Shown here: in pieces, positions 57,785-64,000 of the stretch
Layout of the letters: every line of letters begins with the position of its first letter
Numbering within the stretch: position 1 is the first letter of the stretch
Source of the DNA: Thalassobaculaceae bacterium
Lineage (GTDB): Bacteria > Pseudomonadota > Alphaproteobacteria > Thalassobaculales > Thalassobaculaceae
Length of the DNA: 64,000 bases
NCBI GenBank assembly: GCA_965228875.1
Contig: OZ245843.1
Location: 310,001-374,000 of the forward strand
Reading direction: 5' to 3'
Position numbers and translations under genes: made by a program
Notes under the pieces: model-generated
What the model was told of the DNA's origin: nothing
Seen by the model: the letters and a program-made list of their open reading frames with translations, nothing else
Database searches by the model: none

Positions 57785-59338
57785 ATGGCCACTCTCTCGC
57801 ATCCGTATCAGCCGCGCACCTTCGCCGATCAGCCCGACCGACTTGCCTTTCGCATGTGCTCGAGCGGCGAATCGGTGACCTTCGCTGAGCTCGAGGCCCG
57901 CGCCAACCAGGGTGCCCAACTGCTGCGCCGGCTCGGGATCGAGACCGCCGATCATATCGCGATCCTCATGGAGAACCGGCGCGAGTTCCTGGAGATCTGC
58001 TTCGCGGCCGACCGCGCGGGCGTCTATTACACGACGATCAGCACCCACCTCACGCGCGACGAGATCGCCTACATCCTGGAGGATTGCGGCGCCAAGCTGC
58101 TGATCGTCTCGGACCGTTTTCTCGACATGCTCGACGGCCTTTCCGCCGCCACGGGTCGGGGCTGCCGCACGATGGTCGTCGGAGAGACACCGCCGGGACT
58201 CGACAGTTGGGGCGAGGCGGCGGCGCGCGAGCCGGACACTCCGATCGGGGACGAGGCCCAGGGCCTGGACATGCTCTACTCCTCGGGGACAACCGGCCGC
58301 CCGAAGGGCATCCTGTGGCCGCTGCCCGACGACAGGCCGGGCGGGCGGACCATGCTCATCGATCTGCTGACCTCCCTGTTCGGCTATGCCGCCGACACGC
58401 GCTACCTATGCCCGGCGCCGCTCTACCACGCGGCGCCGCTGCGCCACTCGATGGTCACCGTGAAGATGGGCGGGTCGGCCCACATCATGGAGCGGTTCGA
58501 TGCCCGCGAGGCGCTGAGGCTCATCGAGGCCGAGCGGATCACCCACAGCCAGTGGGTCCCGACCATGTTCATCCGCATGCTCAAGCTGCCCGAGGCGGAA
58601 CGCACCCGATACGACACGTCGTCGATGGTCATGGCGGTTCACGCGGCCGCGCCGTGTCCGGTGGAGATCAAGCACCAAATGATCGACTGGTGGGGGCCGA
58701 TCATTCACGAGTACTACGCCGGAACGGAGAACAACGGTTTCACGGCGATCACGACGCCGGAATGGCTCGACCATCCCGGCTCCGTCGGTCGGGCGAAGCT
58801 GGGGGTCATCCATATCTGCGACGAGAACGGGCGCGAACTGCCGCAGGGGGAGGAGGGCGAGGTCTATTTCGAGAACGGCCACCGCTTCGCCTACCACAAC
58901 GACCCTGAGAAGACCGCGGCCAGCGCCAACGACCACGGGTGGACGACCCTCGGCGACATCGGTCGCGTCGACGAGGAGGGATACCTGTACCTGACGGACC
59001 GCAAGTCGTTCATGATCATCTCCGGCGGCGTCAACATCTACCCGCAGGAGATCGAGGATGTCCTGCTCTGCCACCCGGCGGTGCTGGACGCCGCCGTGTT
59101 CGGCGTCCCGAACGAGGACTTCGGCGAGGAGGTCAAGGCGGTCGTCCAGCCGCTTCCGACCGTGGAGGGCGGCCAAGAACTGCGCGATGCGCTGATGGAT
59201 CTCTGCCGCCAGCGGCTCTCCTCGATCAAGTGCCCCCGCAGCATCGATTTCCGGGACACGCTTCCGCGGTCGGCGACGGGAAAGCTCTACAAGCGCCGTC
59301 TGCGCGACGAGTATCTGGAGCCCGCGACCGGCGGCTGA
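57785..59338 (+). CDS. Acyl-CoA synthetase (AMP-binding)
   Basis: YSSGTTGRPKG, EYYAGTE, TLGDIG..DEEGYLYLTDRK, SGGVNIYPQEIE, TGKLYKR. Confidence 0.93.
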   Translation: MATLSHPYQPRTFADQPDRLAFRMCSSGESVTFAELEARANQGAQLLRRLGIETADHIAILMENRREFLEICFAADRAGVYYTTISTHLTRDEIAYILEDCGAKLLIVSDRFLDMLDGLSAATGRGCRTMVVGETPPGLDSWGEAAAREPDTPIGDEAQGLDMLYSSGTTGRPKGILWPLPDDRPGGRTMLIDLLTSLFGYAADTRYLCPAPLYHAAPLRHSMVTVKMGGSAHIMERFDAREALRLIEAERITHSQWVPTMFIRMLKLPEAERTRYDTSSMVMAVHAAAPCPVEIKHQMIDWWGPIIHEYYAGTENNGFTAITTPEWLDHPGSVGRAKLGVIHICDENGRELPQGEEGEVYFENGHRFAYHNDPEKTAASANDHGWTTLGDIGRVDEEGYLYLTDRKSFMIISGGVNIYPQEIEDVLLCHPAVLDAAVFGVPNEDFGEEVKAVVQPLPTVEGGQELRDALMDLCRQRLSSIKCPRSIDFRDTLPRSATGKLYKRRLRDEYLEPATGG

Positions 59339-59502
59339 TCCGCCCGGGCGCGTCTGTCGGACGGCAACCGGCCCGTACCCAGGCGCTGCCGGATTGTCGG
59401 TGTCGACCCGGGAACAGTGAGGCGAAAAAATCGGCGTGGAGGGGTTCTAAGTTCTGATAAACGGAGGATAAAGTATCCGATCCCTGCGGCTGACTGTCGA
59501 GA

Positions 59503-61287
59503 TTGAGAACCGTGCGCCTATTCAACACACTCTTCCCGGCTTTTTCGGACACGCGCCGAGAAAAGCCGCGCGACATGCTGTTCGTCGCCCACGAAAGCGT
59601 GCCGATGAACACGGCGGCCTTTGCGGCAGCGCAACATATGCTGATCGCCATGATGTTCGCTGTTTATGCGGTGATCGCCGGCGAAGCCGCGGGCCTGTCC
59701 GCCACCGAGCTTTCCGGCTTCGTCGCCCTGAGCATCATCGTTTCGGGCGCCGTCACCCTGCTCCAGGGGCTGAAGACACCGTTCAGTTCCGGCCATGTGG
59801 TGGTGCATATTCCCTCGCCGCTGTCGATCGCGACCTTCGTGGCGGTGACCGGAACCTATGGCCTGGGCGCGGCGGCCGGCGGATACATCGTCTGCGGCGT
59901 CTGCGTGATCGTGCTGGCCCGCTTCCTTCCCCGGCTGCAGACGATCTTTCCGCCGGAGGTGACGGGAGTTCTCCTGGTTCTGCTGGGGCTCGAACTGGTC
60001 GGGGCCGGCGTTCCCCGGTTCACGGGGGTCCAGGAGGGCGCGTTCTCGATCTCCTCGCTTGTCGTCGCCGGCGGGGTGCTGTTCACGGTCATCTGGATCT
60101 CGGTCTGGGCACCGGCGAGGTTCCGCATCTTCGCCATGGCGATCGGCTTCGCGGTCGGACTGATCCTGGCGGTGGCCACCGGGGTCTTCGGCCGCGGCGA
60201 GGTCGAGCAGGTCCTGCAGCAGCCGGTTGTCGGTCTGCCGTTCGTCTACTACGCGCTACCGGAATGGGAGTTCGTGCTGGCGGCGGCGCTGCCGCTGCTG
60301 GTCATCGAGGTGGTCTCGGCCATCGACGGGATCGGCACGGGAGTCGCGATCGACCGGCTGAACAATCAGGCGTGGCGGCGTCCGGACCTGGCGATGATCA
60401 GCCGCCTGGTAAGCTGCCAGGGCGTCGGCGTGATCCTCCACGGCCTGACGGGAACGATGTCGTCGGCGACGTCCTCGGCGAATATCGGTCTCGCCCATGC
60501 AACGGGCGTGGCTGCGCGCACCGTCGGCGTTGTTACCGGCGCGATGCTCGTCGCAACGGCATTCCTGCCCTCCGTGGCGACCTTCCTGACGCTGATACCG
60601 GTTCCGATCATGGGGGCGCTGCTCGTCTATACGGCGGGCTTCATGTTCGTGGCCGGCATGCAGCTGATCCTGTCGCGCATGATCAATTCCCGCCGCAGTT
60701 TCATGGTCGGTCTCAGTGTGACGGTGGGCGCATCGATCTCGCTGATTCCCGAACTGACGACCCAGTTGGACCCGGAACTGAATCCGATCCTCGGCTCGGG
60801 GATCACGATGGGCGTGATCTGCGCGGTGGTGCTCAACGCCGTTTTCCGCATCGGTGTGTCCCAGTCGGCGACGACGGAGCTAGACCGTCACCGGGCGGGT
60901 GCCGACGCGACCAAATTCCTCGAGGAATGCGGCATGGACTGGGGCGCGCGCGGCGACGTGATCGCACGTGCCGGCGTCGCCGTCGGTGAGGCGATCGAGG
61001 CGCTGAACGCCGCTGACCTGACGAAGGGACCGGTGACGCTGGACGCGTCGTTCGACGAGTTCTCCCTGGTCCTTTCCCTGTCCTACAGTGGCACGGTAAT
61101 GGATGTCGACGGTGATGCCGGGCCGGTTGACCTCGGTGCTCTGCTCGAGGATGACTCGGCGACGGAGGAAGCCTTCGACCACGCTCTCAATCAGTTTTCC
61201 GGCACACTGATCCGCAATCTCGCGGACCAGGTCGAGAGCGGCGGGGAGGGTGGCGAGGCCTATCTGACGCTGAGGTTCAAGCACTGA
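59503..61287 (+). CDS. NCS2 (xanthine/uracil permease) family protein with C-terminal RsbW/HATPase-like extension
   Basis: QH in TM1, FPPEVTG, SSANIGLAHATG signature variant, IP.PIMG, then about 140 soluble residues ending LIRNLADQV...LTLRFKH. Start TTG 59503 or GTG 59512. Confidence 0.8.
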   Translation: MRTVRLFNTLFPAFSDTRREKPRDMLFVAHESVPMNTAAFAAAQHMLIAMMFAVYAVIAGEAAGLSATELSGFVALSIIVSGAVTLLQGLKTPFSSGHVVVHIPSPLSIATFVAVTGTYGLGAAAGGYIVCGVCVIVLARFLPRLQTIFPPEVTGVLLVLLGLELVGAGVPRFTGVQEGAFSISSLVVAGGVLFTVIWISVWAPARFRIFAMAIGFAVGLILAVATGVFGRGEVEQVLQQPVVGLPFVYYALPEWEFVLAAALPLLVIEVVSAIDGIGTGVAIDRLNNQAWRRPDLAMISRLVSCQGVGVILHGLTGTMSSATSSANIGLAHATGVAARTVGVVTGAMLVATAFLPSVATFLTLIPVPIMGALLVYTAGFMFVAGMQLILSRMINSRRSFMVGLSVTVGASISLIPELTTQLDPELNPILGSGITMGVICAVVLNAVFRIGVSQSATTELDRHRAGADATKFLEECGMDWGARGDVIARAGVAVGEAIEALNAADLTKGPVTLDASFDEFSLVLSLSYSGTVMDVDGDAGPVDLGALLEDDSATEEAFDHALNQFSGTLIRNLADQVESGGEGGEAYLTLRFKH

Positions 61288-61362
61288 CAGCGTTTGCGAA
61301 CAGCCTTGTGTTTCGCTAGAATTTCAGGGATCGCATGACCCGTTGAGGGGATGGGGGAGTGA

Positions 61363-61701
61363 ATGAGTATTGTATTCAGTCGAAATGAAGACACTTTGAT
61401 TATTATTCCGGACAACCGCCTCGATCATAAAAGCACCACCGAACATGAGGAGGAGATCCTCGATCAGGTGAGAAATACAGAGACGAAGGTAATTTTCGAT
61501 TTTTCGAAGACGAAGTATATTTCGTCGGTCGGTATTCGACTTGTTCTGAAGGCAGCAAAGATCATCAGAGGAAAAAATGGTCGATTCATCCTGTGTAACG
61601 CCAGCGAGAATGTGATGGAGGTCTTCGAGGTCGCTGGGCTTCTGCCTGTTCTGCACTTCGAGGACAGTCTTGAAAGCGCCTTCGGTTCTTTGTCGGAATG
61701 A
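61363..61701 (+). CDS. STAS-domain anti-sigma factor antagonist (RsbV/SpoIIAA-like)
   Basis: GGGGAG RBS. RLD, DFSKTKYISSVGIR (phosphoacceptor Ser region), VMEVFEVAG. Confidence 0.9.
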   Translation: MSIVFSRNEDTLIIIPDNRLDHKSTTEHEEEILDQVRNTETKVIFDFSKTKYISSVGIRLVLKAAKIIRGKNGRFILCNASENVMEVFEVAGLLPVLHFEDSLESAFGSLSE

Positions 61702-61769
61702 GGGGAACGTCGCGCGCCTGTCGCGCGCGGCCGGGACCTGACCCGATTGGACTCTGAGCCTGCCAGCCG

Positions 61770-63788
61770 TTACGGCGCGACCTGGACGACCAGACAGGTC
61801 ATGTCGTCGGCTTGGGCGGCGCCCGTGGCGAACGCCTCAACGTCGGCGATGCAGGAATCTCCGATCTCGGCCGCCGACCGACCGTGGCACCGGGCGAGGG
61901 ACTCGATCAGGCGCGCCTCCTGGTACTCCTCGTCGTTGACGTCAAACGCCTCGGTCAGGCCGTCGGTGTAGAGAAAGAGCGCGTCCCGCGGCGACAACTG
62001 TGTCGAGGCCGACGTGTACTCGATCCCCGGCATGGCGCCGAGAACCAGGTCGCCGAGCGGCGCGATGGGAACCACGGTCCCGTCGGCCTGCAGGATGAAC
62101 GGCGGGTTGTGGCCGGCATTGGCATAGGACAGGGTCAGCGTCCCCAGGTCGATCACGCCGTAGAAGACCGTGACGAACATCGCCGCGTCGTTCTCGCGCT
62201 CAAGCAGCGCATTGACCCGCGTGAGGCACTCGCCGGGATCGCCGCCGTCCAATCCCTCGGCGCGCAGCAGGGTGCGCGAGATCATCATGAACAGGCCGGC
62301 GGGAACGCCCTTGCCGGAGACGTCGGCGATCACGACGCCGACCCGGTTCTCATCGATCTGGAAATAGTCGTAGAAGTCGCCGCCGACCTCATAGGCGGCA
62401 TGCATCTGACCGACGACGACCACCCGGTCGTTGCGGAGCGGTTCCCGAGGCAGCACCGAGGCCTGCATGTCGTGGGCGATGCGGAGCTCCTGGCGAAGCC
62501 GCACCAGGTCGGAATTCTCGCGGAACACCCGCGTGACCGTGTGAAACCAGGGCCGCCACCCGGGCGGCACCCGGGGAAGCCCGGCCGGGCCGACCTCGCC
62601 CGCCGCCTTGATGTGCTCCACGAGCTGGCTGGCCGGCCAGACGAACTCGCGGCCGGTCAAGCCGCCGGCGATCAGCAGCATGAGGGTGAGCACCGCGACC
62701 AGGGCCAGCATCTCGGGGCCGCGATCGGCGATCAGGCTCGCCAGGATCGTCCAGCGGTCACCCAGGTAGATCAGCACCCACGGGGCGGCCTCCAGGGGTT
62801 CGACATAGAGCAGTGTACCGTCCACATCGACGACGCGGCGCAGGGGCACGGCGTCGGCGCGGGCAACGGCCTCCGCGGCGGCAGGCGGCAGCGCCTCGGC
62901 GATCCCGGCACCGAGCGGCGCCAGCAGCGTCTCCGTCTCCGGGTGGGCCAGAAGGGTCTTGTCCATCGTGGCGAGCAGCGTGTGCCCGACCGGGTAGTCG
63001 AAGTCGCCGTTGACCCGGTTGAGGTAGCCAAGCGAGATCTCGAACGCGACGACACCGAGATATCGGTCGCGCATATCGACCGGGACCACGAGGTGGAGGG
63101 TGGGTCTATCCTGCGGATCCGTGCCGAACAGCCAGCGGCCCTGACGCTCTGGGTTGGCGGCGGGCATGCCGCTGTCGAGCAGACCGCCACCGCGCACGCC
63201 GGACTGGAAACGATCCGCCTCCGCCTGGGTCGCCGGAAGGATCACGGAAAACCCGAGGCGCGAAACGTAGGCCGCCCGCTCGATGGTCGGCAGCAGCGAG
63301 ACCAGGTAGCGGAACTCCCCGAGCAGGTGCAGCGCCGCGGCCAGTTCGGCGCGCCCGGCCGGACCGACGTCCTCGGCGAGGCCGCCCGCCACCGCCGACG
63401 TGGACGGCACGTCGATGCCGGAGTCCATCCGCAGCGAGATCGCCCCGGACGCGTCCCTGTCGACCGGGGCACCAACCGGGCCCTCGCGCGTCGAATCCCG
63501 AGCCGACTCCAGGGCGGCGGCATAGGCCGATACGGCATCTGCGCGAACCTCCTGGGACCGCTTGGCCACGGCGGAGGCCAGCGCGTCCAGAATAAGGCCG
63601 TGCTCCTTCAGACCGCTCGCGAGAACCTCCCATTCCGCCTTTTCCCGCCGGTCGATCTGGAACATGAAGAACCCGACCGACACCGCCAGAAGGACCGCGT
63701 AGGCGAGGCCCATGACGATGCTGTAGCGCCGTGCCGGCCCGATCCGTCGGGGCGCCGGTTTCCTGGGGGTATCGGTATCGCTGGTCAT
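61770..63788 (-). CDS. SpoIIE/RsbU-type PP2C phosphatase with periplasmic Cache-like sensor
   Basis: Two TM segments around a periplasmic domain. ELRIAHDMQ, EVGGDFYD, IADVSGKG, NAGHNPP, YTDGLTEA, DDMT. Confidence 0.92.
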   Translation of the reverse strand: MTSDTDTPRKPAPRRIGPARRYSIVMGLAYAVLLAVSVGFFMFQIDRREKAEWEVLASGLKEHGLILDALASAVAKRSQEVRADAVSAYAAALESARDSTREGPVGAPVDRDASGAISLRMDSGIDVPSTSAVAGGLAEDVGPAGRAELAAALHLLGEFRYLVSLLPTIERAAYVSRLGFSVILPATQAEADRFQSGVRGGGLLDSGMPAANPERQGRWLFGTDPQDRPTLHLVVPVDMRDRYLGVVAFEISLGYLNRVNGDFDYPVGHTLLATMDKTLLAHPETETLLAPLGAGIAEALPPAAAEAVARADAVPLRRVVDVDGTLLYVEPLEAAPWVLIYLGDRWTILASLIADRGPEMLALVAVLTLMLLIAGGLTGREFVWPASQLVEHIKAAGEVGPAGLPRVPPGWRPWFHTVTRVFRENSDLVRLRQELRIAHDMQASVLPREPLRNDRVVVVGQMHAAYEVGGDFYDYFQIDENRVGVVIADVSGKGVPAGLFMMISRTLLRAEGLDGGDPGECLTRVNALLERENDAAMFVTVFYGVIDLGTLTLSYANAGHNPPFILQADGTVVPIAPLGDLVLGAMPGIEYTSASTQLSPRDALFLYTDGLTEAFDVNDEEYQEARLIESLARCHGRSAAEIGDSCIADVEAFATGAAQADDMTCLVVQVAP

Positions 63789-63807
63789 GGGAAACCGGGA
63801 GCGGGGA

Positions 63808-63999
63808 TCAGTTGACGAACTCGACCGGCTGGCCGAATGCGCGCACCTGCCTGCCGTCGTAATTGTAGATGAATGTCGCCGCCTCCATGAACCGGAAGGG
63901 AATCCGAAGTCCGATCTGACGCGCGATACGGAAGTTGATGGCCAGATCGGGCGGCGTCACGATCCCGACGGGGAGGGAGCCGGGGTCCACACCTTCGGT
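63808..63999 (-). CDS. C-terminus of an ABC-type substrate-binding protein (ABC_sub_bind-like), truncated by window edge
   Basis: Frame open to the edge. P.SLPV...LAINFRIARQIGLRIP matches the family C-terminal pattern. Confidence 0.7.
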   Translation of the reverse strand, partial: TEGVDPGSLPVGIVTPPDLAINFRIARQIGLRIPFRFMEAATFIYNYDGRQVRAFGQPVEFVN

Positions 64000-64000
64000 C

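Overview
High-GC bacterial chromosomal segment, probably alphaproteobacterial (inferred from gene content, not from a search). It is densely coding, and I could not recognise any rRNA, tRNA, CRISPR array, integrase or transposase. In order it holds: the 3' part of a Dpp/Opp peptide ABC operon; a YbbA/YbbP-type ABC pair, a GST and an amidohydrolase; a solo PUA/EVE-like-HNH nuclease; a cydDCABX-bfr-persulfide dioxygenase-acnB block; a RiPP-like locus (23.1-36.6 kb); an aldolase/dehydrogenase/GGT/tautomerase/MFS operon; a phosphate-transport cluster (NUDIX, PiT, PhnCDEE, Na/Pi); TRAP plus PrpD; acyl-CoA enzymes; and a partner-switching-like module (NCS2 permease fused to a degenerate RsbW-like domain, STAS protein, SpoIIE phosphatase). 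The RiPP-like locus is the highlight. It has an AraC regulator, the three-gene NHLP-type exporter with a C39 peptidase, five Nif11-like small proteins that all end in F-[FI]-[KR]-[KQ]-W-stop (four double-glycine precursors arranged as a duplicated A-B pair, plus one core-less paralogue), a VAO/PCMH-family flavoprotein as the only visible tailoring enzyme, and a convergent TolC. All family calls come from motif recognition by eye; no database searches were run. Start codons were adjusted from the ORF track using RBS and overlap logic.
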